In this document: in pieces, positions 18,771 to 25,947 of the stretch | How the letters are laid out: every line of letters starts with the position of its first letter | Position numbering within the stretch: the first letter of the stretch is position 1 | Assembly: GCA_947499775.1 (NCBI GenBank) | Contig: CANMPY010000001.1 | Location: 1 to 36,153 of the forward strand | DNA: 36,153 nucleotides | Direction: 5' to 3' | Source of the DNA: Bacteroidota bacterium | GTDB lineage: Bacteria > Bacteroidota > Bacteroidia > NS11-12g > UBA9320 | Position numbers and translations under genes: made by a program | Notes under the pieces: model-generated | What the model was told of the DNA's origin: nothing | Database searches by the model: none | Seen by the model: only the letters and a program-made list of their open reading frames with translations

Positions 18771-19580
18771 ATGAAAATAGCAATCCCACTTGTTTTGATT
18801 CTTATTTCGAGTAGTTTTAGTAGAGCGCCTCACCACAAAACAGAATTAGAACCCAAACCTAATGCTCACCGAACGCAATCTAATAGCGCTTTCACATACG
18901 GCGAAGAGCTTGTTTACCGTGTTCATTATGGCTTTATTACTGCCGCTAAAATAAAGTTGAAGGTAGGCAATGAGGCGGTTAAAGTGCACGATAGGCCAAC
19001 ATATCATCTTATAGCTGATGGCCGAACATTAAGTACTTTCGATTGGTTATTTAAAGTAAGAGACCGTTTTGAATCGTATATGGATATGGAATATATGGCG
19101 CCTCTAAAGTATATTAAATCAGTAAAGGAAGACGCATATAGCGATGTTGACTTGGTTTTCTTCGATCATGATACAAAGCGGATTAAGGGGAAAAAGAAAA
19201 ATATGGATTGCCCTGTTTACGTTCAAGATGTAATAGGCGCCATTTATTATGCCCGTACCATCGATTATAAATTAGCCACTAAAGGGCAAGTATTTCCAAT
19301 TGATGTTTACCTCGATCAGCAAATTTATAATTTAGAGTTTAAATATTTGGGGAAGGAAACCATCAAAAGTGATATTGGAAAGGTAAAGTGTATAAAAATT
19401 AAGCCAAAAGCTGTAGCCGACCGCGTGTTTAAAGATGATCAATCCATTACCCTTTGGGTAAGCGACGACGAAAATAAAATTCCAATTCGGATTGAGGCAG
19501 CCCTAGCGGTGGGTTCGCTTAAAGTGGATCTTACAAACTATCAAGGCCTTAAAAATTCGTTTCGTGCCAAATTAAAATAG
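18771..19580 (+). CDS. DUF3108-like secreted protein
   Basis: Signal peptide, then GEELVYRVHYGFITAAKIKLKV...YHLIADGRT...ITLWVSDDENKIPIRIEA, which matches my memory of the DUF3108 pattern. Confidence 0.6.
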   Translation: MKIAIPLVLILISSSFSRAPHHKTELEPKPNAHRTQSNSAFTYGEELVYRVHYGFITAAKIKLKVGNEAVKVHDRPTYHLIADGRTLSTFDWLFKVRDRFESYMDMEYMAPLKYIKSVKEDAYSDVDLVFFDHDTKRIKGKKKNMDCPVYVQDVIGAIYYARTIDYKLATKGQVFPIDVYLDQQIYNLEFKYLGKETIKSDIGKVKCIKIKPKAVADRVFKDDQSITLWVSDDENKIPIRIEAALAVGSLKVDLTNYQGLKNSFRAKLK

Positions 19581-19582
19581 GT

Positions 19583-20341
19583 TTATTTTTTGGCTAATTG
19601 AGTCAGCTTTGAATACTTGAGCAATACGTATTTTGCATTCATTCGGGCAATATTAAAGCCTGCTTTACCATCTAAAAATCCCAATAGAAAAACGTATTCT
19701 TTAATAAATCGAAAAAACGTTTTAAGCATAATAGCCCCTTGTGATATGCTCATGTTTTTTTCGAACATCGTTTGAGCCGCAATGCTCGAAAATTTTTCAG
19801 TTTGAATTCTTAAATCATCTAATCCATTTACAGTGTAATGCAATATGTTGCCATGCAAATGGTTTATTCTGCCCGATGGATCTACTATAAATTTATCATG
19901 TGGGTTGTCGCCTCCCCATTTTCCTATATCTCTTTTCCAAAGTCTTATTTTTTTATCGGGATACCAAGCCCCATGCCTTATCCATTGTATGCCATACCGG
20001 TTTAATCTGTTCATACTATAGGCATCACTTGTCCAATTATTTTTCTCTTTTTTTATAGCTTCAATAAGCTCTACATTTAATTCCTCATCGGCATCCAATG
20101 ATAAAATATAGGGGAATTGTGTAAAGCTAATGGCCCTATTTTTTTGTTGTACATGGCCATCAAATGCATGCTTAACTACCGTAGCCCCTGCTGCTTGCGC
20201 TATAGCTTGTGTTCGGTCTGTTGAGTGCGAATCAAGAACCACCACTTCGTCGCATACCATAAAGAGCGAACGGATGCACTGCTCTATTTTTTCTTCTTCA
20301 TTAAAGGTAATAACCACTCCTGAAAGTATTGACCCGTTCAT
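19583..20341 (-). CDS. Glycosyltransferase family 2
   Basis: The internal ATG at 20341 gives MNGSILSGVVITFNEEEKIEQCIRSL...VVVLDSHSTDRT...SLDADE (DxD-type motif), typical of GT2. The 52-codon upstream extension in the ORF track overlaps trmB and its promoter. Confidence 0.8.
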   Translation of the reverse strand: MNGSILSGVVITFNEEEKIEQCIRSLFMVCDEVVVLDSHSTDRTQAIAQAAGATVVKHAFDGHVQQKNRAISFTQFPYILSLDADEELNVELIEAIKKEKNNWTSDAYSMNRLNRYGIQWIRHGAWYPDKKIRLWKRDIGKWGGDNPHDKFIVDPSGRINHLHGNILHYTVNGLDDLRIQTEKFSSIAAQTMFEKNMSISQGAIMLKTFFRFIKEYVFLLGFLDGKAGFNIARMNAKYVLLKYSKLTQLAKK

Positions 20342-20368
20342 TTTTTTGTTGCACAAAACTACAAAACT

Positions 20369-20376
20369 TACCTTTG
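20369..20376 (+). promoter_or_regulatory. Bacteroidota-type -7 box (TAnnTTTG) with -33 TTG upstream of trmB
   Basis: TACCTTTG lies 6 nt before the ATG at 20382, with TTG at 20349-20351 about 20 nt upstream. It sits in a 40-bp divergent gap with the GT2 gene. Confidence 0.45.
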
Positions 20377-20381
20377 CGGCA

Positions 20382-21014
20382 ATGGGAAAAAACAAACTGG
20401 CTCGATTTGAACAAAATCTCACCTTTAAAAACATGGTACAATTACCCGAATCAATGGCGGGGAAATGGAATGAATTTTTTGGAAACACCAACGGCATAAC
20501 CTTAGAATTGGCCTGTGGGCATGGTGCCTATACAGTTGGATTAGCTAGATTATTTGAAGAGCGCAATTTTATTGGTATCGATCGCAAAGGTGCCAGAATG
20601 TGGAAAGGAGCCAAGACAGCCTTAGCTGAAAATTTGGAACATGCGGCATTTATGCGCATTCAAATCGATCATTGTGCCGAACATTTTGCTGCCAATGAAA
20701 TAGATGAAATATGGATTACGTTTGCAGACCCACAACCCAATAAGGATCGAAAAAAATTAACGCATCCTATGTTTTTGGAGCGGTATAAACAGTTTTTGAA
20801 ACCCGACGGAATCATTCATCTCAAAACCGATGATGATCATTTGTACGCCTACACCCTCGATTTAATTCATGAAAAAAAATATGTACTTCTTGAAAACCAA
20901 AATGATATTTATGCCTGGTCGGGCATTACAGACGAATTAAAAATTAAAACCTATTACGAACAAAAATGGCTAGGAATTGGCAAAACCATTAAATATTTAA
21001 GGTTTCAAATTTAA
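20382..21014 (+). CDS. trmB: tRNA (guanine46-N7)-methyltransferase
   Basis: 210 aa from the ATG at 20382. MGKNKLARFEQN..., SAM motif LELACGHGAYTVGLA, FIGIDRKG, WITFADPQP and LKPDGIIHLKTDD match TrmB. The ORF-track start at 20130 is an artefactual extension. Confidence 0.85.
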   Translation: MGKNKLARFEQNLTFKNMVQLPESMAGKWNEFFGNTNGITLELACGHGAYTVGLARLFEERNFIGIDRKGARMWKGAKTALAENLEHAAFMRIQIDHCAEHFAANEIDEIWITFADPQPNKDRKKLTHPMFLERYKQFLKPDGIIHLKTDDDHLYAYTLDLIHEKKYVLLENQNDIYAWSGITDELKIKTYYEQKWLGIGKTIKYLRFQI

Positions 21015-21106
21015 CCTTTCAACCTCAACATCAACCTTAACCTTTCCCCTTTATCCTTTAACCTTTCAACCTCAATCTCAACCTTAACCTTTCCCCTCCC
21101 CCTCCA
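21013..21106 (+). repeat. Two tandem ~47-bp units built on AACCTTT cores, inside a 133-nt G-free tract (21003-21135)
   Basis: Unit A (21013-21050) is aacctttcaacctcaacatcaaccttaacctttcccct. Unit B (21060-21097) is aacctttcaacctcaatctcaaccttaacctttcccct (36/38 identical). The array starts within the trmB stop codon and ends at the stop of the convergent J-domain gene. Confidence 0.9.
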
Positions 21107-21109
21107 AAC

Positions 21110-21889
21110 CTACATCCCCCTTTCCTTCTTAATATGAGTATAAGCTTCTTGTATTTTTTTGAACTTTTCTTCAGCCGCCTTGGCTAGGTCCTCACTTTTT
21201 GAGGCATGTTTATCGGGATGATGTTGACGGGCTAATTTCCGGTAGGTTGATTTTATTATCTCGTTGGTGGCTTCGCTTTCAAGGCCCAATGTTTTATAGT
21301 AATCTTCGCGTTTCTGATACGAGGCTGGTCTTCCAGAACCATCGTTCCACTGCTGGTAATTAGTACCACTAAATTTTGCTTTAATGGCTTCAAAATCCCA
21401 AAGCGTAAGGTTTATACCAAGTGAAATATTTTTAATAAGCAGCAATTCATTTTGACTTAGGTCCCCATCGGCTTTGGCTATTCCAAATAAATAATGGATA
21501 AGTTTTACTCTTTCGCCTTGAATCATATTTTGCTTAATGCCTTGACAGGCTATTTCCCAACCTATGCGTTGTTGTTGTAAAATATCGCGGAGCATTAACA
21601 TATCGGCTTTGGTTTTTTCAATGCCAAAATTTTGTTTATACAATTCTTTTACAAAGTCAAGCTCGTTGCGTGTAACCGTTCCATCGGCACGGAGCACTGC
21701 TGCAGTGAGAACCAAAAACGATTCACTAAAATCAACACGAAATCCCTGACCTGATGAAAACGAAGAGTCAGATTCGGAAGAGGTGCTTACCGACATATTT
21801 TCGAAAAACGAACCGAGGAGATAGCCAACAATGGCACCAGGAAATTTGAATACGGCAAAACCTATTAAGGCACAAATAAATTTAATCAC
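21110..21889 (-). CDS. DjlA-like co-chaperone: N-terminal TM, TerB-like domain, C-terminal J domain
   Basis: [28 protein letters not shown]. The TerB-like middle has [13 protein letters not shown] and [13 protein letters not shown]. The C-terminal J domain is [32 protein letters not shown]. Confidence 0.8.
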   Translation of the reverse strand: MIKFICALIGFAVFKFPGAIVGYLLGSFFENMSVSTSSESDSSFSSGQGFRVDFSESFLVLTAAVLRADGTVTRNELDFVKELYKQNFGIEKTKADMLMLRDILQQQRIGWEIACQGIKQNMIQGERVKLIHYLFGIAKADGDLSQNELLLIKNISLGINLTLWDFEAIKAKFSGTNYQQWNDGSGRPASYQKREDYYKTLGLESEATNEIIKSTYRKLARQHHPDKHASKSEDLAKAAEEKFKKIQEAYTHIKKERGM

Positions 21890-22908
21890 TTAGCAGGTTT
21901 AATAAAAAAGTCAGAATAGTTGATCATTACAGGAGTAAAAACGATATCTTGAATTACAAAACATCGGGGATTGGTATCTAAAAATGCATTAAAACGAGAA
22001 GGGTCATGGGTCAATTGGTTGCCATGCGAGTCAAAAAGGCTATGGTCGCGCTCGCTCGATTCACGGGGATAAACCCTTAGTTTTTTTACTTTATTTTTTT
22101 TGTCGATTACGGTTATTTCACAAAAAGGCTTTTGCATATTAAGGCTATCAATCTGTGCTTTTTTTAAGGCAATAAATCCTTCGCATGTTAAATTTTTAAA
22201 CATCCCAAAATATGATTTTACGGCAGCATAATTTATTTGACCTTTTAATGCATTTACCGAAGCGGTAATGTCGAAATCAGTATTGTTCCCTCTTCGTTTT
22301 ACCGTAAACGACTCGTTGGGGGAAGTAGGGTAATACACATCTACGCTATTAATATCTTCGGGCTGATAATCGAACACAAGTTTACTGACCCATTCAGTTT
22401 CAGCAATAGGGAAACGGGTGCTCAAAAAGCCATCAAACCCCGGAATATGTGTAATGTAGGGATCTTTGCTTCCCTGCAAATACATGTAAGTACCGCTCAT
22501 ATCGCTTGTAGGGCTACCCACATAAAAGGTTTTAAACAGCTCTTGGTCGCAATATACCTCCACTTTTGTGGCCAATGTTGCCATACTGGCAATCACATTT
22601 TGCCTTGCAGGTAAAGCCACCGGACCTCTTACGCGCACTTTTTTGAGCGTTTCCAATAAAAAAAAATTCATCAGAGGAATCGAAGCCTCATATTTTCCAT
22701 TTACCCACCAAAGCCCATTCTTTTTTTCGAGTACCACATGGCCTTCAAATTTATTAGAAATAAATATTTTAGTTATAGATTCGGTATTTTCAATGGCAAA
22801 ATCTGTTTTGGTTTTGTCGGAGGTTCCGGTTTGGGTAGGCCTTAAAAGAAACCAAGTCCCAAAGCCTATTATAATTACTAAAAGGAGAACTAAATATTTT
22901 TTTTGCAT
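21886..22908 (-). CDS. DUF4340-like membrane-anchored protein
   Basis: 340 aa with N-terminal anchor [18 protein letters not shown]. It has a 4-nt overlap with the downstream J-domain gene. The domain assignment is from memory of family architecture only. Confidence 0.45.
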   Translation of the reverse strand: MQKKYLVLLLVIIIGFGTWFLLRPTQTGTSDKTKTDFAIENTESITKIFISNKFEGHVVLEKKNGLWWVNGKYEASIPLMNFFLLETLKKVRVRGPVALPARQNVIASMATLATKVEVYCDQELFKTFYVGSPTSDMSGTYMYLQGSKDPYITHIPGFDGFLSTRFPIAETEWVSKLVFDYQPEDINSVDVYYPTSPNESFTVKRRGNNTDFDITASVNALKGQINYAAVKSYFGMFKNLTCEGFIALKKAQIDSLNMQKPFCEITVIDKKNKVKKLRVYPRESSERDHSLFDSHGNQLTHDPSRFNAFLDTNPRCFVIQDIVFTPVMINYSDFFIKPAK

Positions 22909-22966
22909 TTACAAAGAAGAGGGGGTTAGGGTTAATGACACGATGAAATTTGAGGATTAGGCTATT

Positions 22967-23833
22967 TTATTTGAGATGCGTACGCCATGCCGCCAATTGG
23001 GCCTCATCCTGTGTAGTGTAATCTGTATTTTCGGCTGCTTTGGCCATGGCTAAAGCGCGTTCGCCAATGGCAATAGCTTCAGTAAATCGTTCAAGTTTAG
23101 CCAATATCATTGCTTTTTGGCGCAATATCCAAAATTGTTCGTTTTGAAATAGGGCCTTATCAATCCATTCGAGCGCCTTGTTCAAATCCTTGTCGTTTTC
23201 TAAATAATAAACGGCTGATTGGTAATAAGTGGCTTGGCTGATGCCTTTCATTTTATCGTCAATTTCGGTCATTACCTTGGTGTCGGTTTCAAGTTTGATA
23301 TTTATTTTTACCAAGGTATGATCCCATTTTATTTCCAAATTGCATGATTGAAAAGCCATATCCGACATTTCTATAGCCATCGTTTCTATTTTATGGTTTA
23401 TGGTTTTGGTTTTTACTTTAAACCGTATTAAATCGTCGGCCGCTTTGTATTCTTTTCCAACACCCCAATAAGTCGTTATGGTGTGCAGCACAATGGTCCA
23501 TTCGTCCTTTTCGGGAATAGCATAAAGGGCATATTCGCCGGCAGGAACCTCGTGGCCTTCCATTATTACATCGTCTTTAAATTTTATTTTGGTAGAGGCA
23601 TTGGCTCCTGTGCGCCAAAGTTGCCCAAAGGGTACAAGGTCGCCAAAAATAACCCTACCTCGAACACTAGGGCGGCTATAGTCGATGGTAATTTCATTAA
23701 ACCCAATTTCTTGAATCAATACCGAATGAGGGCTCAATTTTGGGATATTAATTTGGGCCGAGGCTATTGGGCCTATAAATGGTAAAAATAAAAGCAGTAG
23801 GATCAAACTAAGGGGTTTCATAATCATGCGCAT
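22967..23833 (-). CDS. DUF2911 domain protein with C-terminal TPR-like helices
   Basis: The start at ATG 23833 gives MRMIMKPLSLILLLLFLPFIGPIASAQ. The DUF2911-typical GQLWRTGANASTKIKF and VPAGEYALYAIP are present, and the C-terminal helical segment is TPR-like (LNKALEWIDKAL, FTEAIAIGERAL). Confidence 0.7.
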   Translation of the reverse strand: MRMIMKPLSLILLLLFLPFIGPIASAQINIPKLSPHSVLIQEIGFNEITIDYSRPSVRGRVIFGDLVPFGQLWRTGANASTKIKFKDDVIMEGHEVPAGEYALYAIPEKDEWTIVLHTITTYWGVGKEYKAADDLIRFKVKTKTINHKIETMAIEMSDMAFQSCNLEIKWDHTLVKINIKLETDTKVMTEIDDKMKGISQATYYQSAVYYLENDKDLNKALEWIDKALFQNEQFWILRQKAMILAKLERFTEAIAIGERALAMAKAAENTDYTTQDEAQLAAWRTHLK

Positions 23834-24173
23834 TTCGTTTGCAAATTTATTGTGTTGGTTTGTAATAATACGGAATTTTAAAGGAAATATTTCAAATGGC
23901 ACAATGGTATAGGATTGGATATTTAGATTTTGGGATTAAATTGGATAAAAACGAATCAAAGTTGGATAATTTAATTAGAGTGAGTTGGAGTGTTTTTGTA
24001 AAAAAACAGAATGAATTTTTTTTGTTGGCAGAAAATAAAATAGTCTGAATTTAGCTAGATTGATTAAACTTATGGTAAATTTTTTTGAACAGAAAGGATT
24101 CGAAATATCGTGACTAAAAAGCCTTTTAATACCTTGGATATATAAATTTAAAACGTGATTTTTGTTAGCTAAT

Positions 24174-24231
24174 TCTGATAAATTCAGGTATATCTAACAC
24201 CTTTATGTGCGATTTACCTGAATTTATCAGA
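24174..24231. repeat. Perfect 17-bp inverted repeat (TCTGATAAATTCAGGTA / TACCTGAATTTATCAGA) with 24-nt spacer
   Basis: Arms at 24174-24190 and 24215-24231 are exact reverse complements. The element ends 44 nt upstream of the nuclease-fold gene ATG. Confidence 0.9.
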
Positions 24232-24274
24232 GGTATAAACAAGTTAGCGGTCAGGCTAAAAAAAATCTTCTGCT

Positions 24275-24901
24275 ATGGATAACATGATAGACAATTTTGG
24301 TAAAATATCAATAAATCAAAAAACCGGAAATGAACGGTTGACCTTTAATGGACAAGAAACCGGTTTAAAACTTATTGATTTTTGGCAATGGGGAGTCTCA
24401 GACATTATAAGCAATGCTACAAGAGGAAAACTTGCTGAATTTATAGTAGCATCTGCATTAAGTATTGACTTAACAATTGTTCGTGACGAATGGAGCCCCT
24501 ATGATTTAGAAAGCCCAGATGGAATTAAAATTGAAGTAAAAGCCTCCTCATATTTACAGAGTTGGAAACAAAAGGACTTCTCAAAAATTAGCTTTTCCAT
24601 AAGAACTGCAAGATTTTGGGATGTAGAAACTTCAACCTACTCAGAAACACCATCAAGAATTGCAGATATTTATGTTTTTTGTTTATTAAATTACAGAGAC
24701 TCAAATACTTTAAATCCACTTAATTTAGATCAATGGGAATTTTATGTTCTACCAACCTCGTCAGTCAATAACTATAAGCGTAGTCAAAGTTCAATAACTT
24801 TAAAATCATTACAGACACTATCAGTTTCTTCAAGATATGACCAACTTCGAGAGATAATTATTACAAAATATTGGGAATCTAAATCAAGCCCGAACCGCTA
24901 A
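24275..24901 (+). CDS. Orphan PD-(D/E)xK nuclease-fold protein (restriction-endonuclease-like)
   Basis: 208 aa. Helix RGKLAEFIVASAL (E55) is followed by YDL (D77) and KIEVKAS (E87-x-K89). Hydrophobic core strands follow (ADIYVFCLL, WEFYVLP). This is the canonical E...D...ExK arrangement of the PD-(D/E)xK fold. Confidence 0.55.
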   Translation: MDNMIDNFGKISINQKTGNERLTFNGQETGLKLIDFWQWGVSDIISNATRGKLAEFIVASALSIDLTIVRDEWSPYDLESPDGIKIEVKASSYLQSWKQKDFSKISFSIRTARFWDVETSTYSETPSRIADIYVFCLLNYRDSNTLNPLNLDQWEFYVLPTSSVNNYKRSQSSITLKSLQTLSVSSRYDQLREIIITKYWESKSSPNR

Positions 24902-25074
24902 CCACACCTTAGGGTCATTCTGGTTTTTCGGTTAGGAAAGCTCCAATTCCCAATTACCTTTGTTTGTGGTTTGAAAGTTTGAAGGCTTCGAAGCCGCCAC
25001 CTCCCAAACCTGCAAATGTTATGTATTGGTATGTTGAAAAATTCTCCGGTTGGGAAAACTTTAAAAATTTTGTG

Positions 25075-25082
25075 TAAATTTG
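25075..25082 (+). promoter_or_regulatory. Bacteroidota-type -7 box (TAnnTTTG) upstream of the antitoxin gene
   Basis: TAAATTTG lies 5 nt before the ATG at 25087, implying a near-leaderless transcript for the TA pair. Confidence 0.4.
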
Positions 25083-25086
25083 AATC

Positions 25087-25314
25087 ATGAAACACATGAC
25101 CTTTACGGTTCCTGGCAACTTAAATCTAAATGAGAAAGATACAAAGAGGTTTCTTGCTGCGAAAATGTATGAATCCGGGAAACTTTCGCTGGGACAGGCA
25201 TCTGAATTGGCAGGGTTATCGAAAGTTGCTTTTTCTGAGATTCTTAGTGACTATGATGTTTCATTGGTTAATTATCCTTTGTCAGATGTAATAAGAGATG
25301 CCGCTCAATTCTGA
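25087..25314 (+). CDS. UPF0175-family antitoxin-like protein
   Basis: 75 aa. FLAAKMYESGKLSLGQASELAGLSKVAFSEILSDYDVSL matches the UPF0175 pattern (LYe.gklSlGkAAelaG.s..eF). It sits immediately upstream of a COG2405/DUF3368 PIN gene, the usual partner. Confidence 0.75.
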   Translation: MKHMTFTVPGNLNLNEKDTKRFLAAKMYESGKLSLGQASELAGLSKVAFSEILSDYDVSLVNYPLSDVIRDAAQF

Positions 25315-25757
25315 GATAATTATTTCAGACAAGTTGTTTGATACTCCTCACCAATTTAGATGAATTAGATCTACTGAAAAAAATAAGTAAGCAGGTTCTT
25401 ATCACTCCAGAAATAAATCAGGAGTTTGGCAAAAATCTACCAGATTGGATTAAGATTAAAGCGCCATTAGACAAACATTATCTAAGGCTATTGGAAAGAG
25501 AGATTGACAAAGGGGAAGCAAGTGCAATAATTTTAGCATTGGAGACTCCCGGTTCAATCCTAATTATTGATGACTTGAAAGGCAGAAAAGTAGCAGCTGA
25601 AATGGATTTAAAGTATTCTGGCTCCTTTGGTTTGTTATTAAGAGCAAAGCAGGAAGGAATTCTCTCGAACCTCAGACCAATAGTAGAACGAATTCGTAAG
25701 ACAAACTTTAGATATAGCGACAAACTTTTGGAATCAATATTGGAACAAGCTGTCTAA
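25298..25757 (+). pseudogene. COG2405/DUF3368 PIN-domain toxin, apparently frameshifted near codon 11
   Basis: ATG 25298 (overlapping the antitoxin 3' end, as usual for this pair) reads MPLNSEIIISD and then hits a stop in that frame at 25361-25363. The family-typical continuation (T)SCLILLTNLDELDLLKKISKQVLITPEINQEF...GEASAIILA...IIDDLKGRKVA...GSFGLLLRAKQEG lies in the +1 frame (ORF 25338-25757, TTG). The shift is at about 25329-25332. Confidence 0.6.
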
Positions 25758-25947
25758 AAACTCACCACCATGCCCTATAATTTCCTTGTGAGTTGAGTTG
25801 AATTATGGCCTTGTAAAGCTCATTCATACCATAAACCCAATGTTGGGGTTGAGGTGTAGATAGCTTTTTGTTTATATTGGGCAATAAACCTAACAATAAC
25901 GTAAGTTTGCATTTCTGAAATCCACCCAAATTTTTGTACATATTGCC

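Noticed and set aside
20130-20381. Long N-terminal extensions of the trmB ORF (20130) and of the GT2 ORF (up to 20497)
   Set aside because: The extensions are mutually antisense, Cys/Ser/Thr-rich and motif-free. Internal ATGs at 20382 and 20341 give canonical TrmB and GT2 N-termini, and a TAnnTTTG box sits right before 20382.
21090-21125. Possible G-quadruplex on the minus strand (GGGGGATGTAGGTTTGGAGGGGGAGGGG)
   Set aside because: Only three closely spaced G3+ runs are present, and the first loop is 13 nt. A fourth run is about 40 nt away. It does not meet the canonical G3+N1-7 pattern, so it is mentioned only as a secondary possibility within the G-free-tract finding.
24984-24995. 12-bp palindrome GGCTTCGAAGCC between the nuclease and antitoxin genes, considered as a terminator
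   Set aside because: As RNA it leaves only a 4-bp stem once a minimal loop is allowed, and no U-run follows. It is too weak to call a terminator or operator.
24898-25095. 65-aa minus-strand ORF in the nuclease/antitoxin spacer
   Set aside because: It overlaps the antitoxin start and its promoter box, has no recognisable motif or partner, and is Arg/Phe-rich as expected from antisense translation of AT-rich DNA. It is likely spurious.
23980-25800. Imperfect direct repeat GTGAGTTGGAGTG (23980-23992) / GTGAGTTGAGTTG (25788-25800) flanking the islet as possible att sites
   Set aside because: Only 8 contiguous identical bases are shared. A match of that length between two ~300-nt AT-rich regions is expected by chance roughly once, so it is not evidence of site-specific integration.
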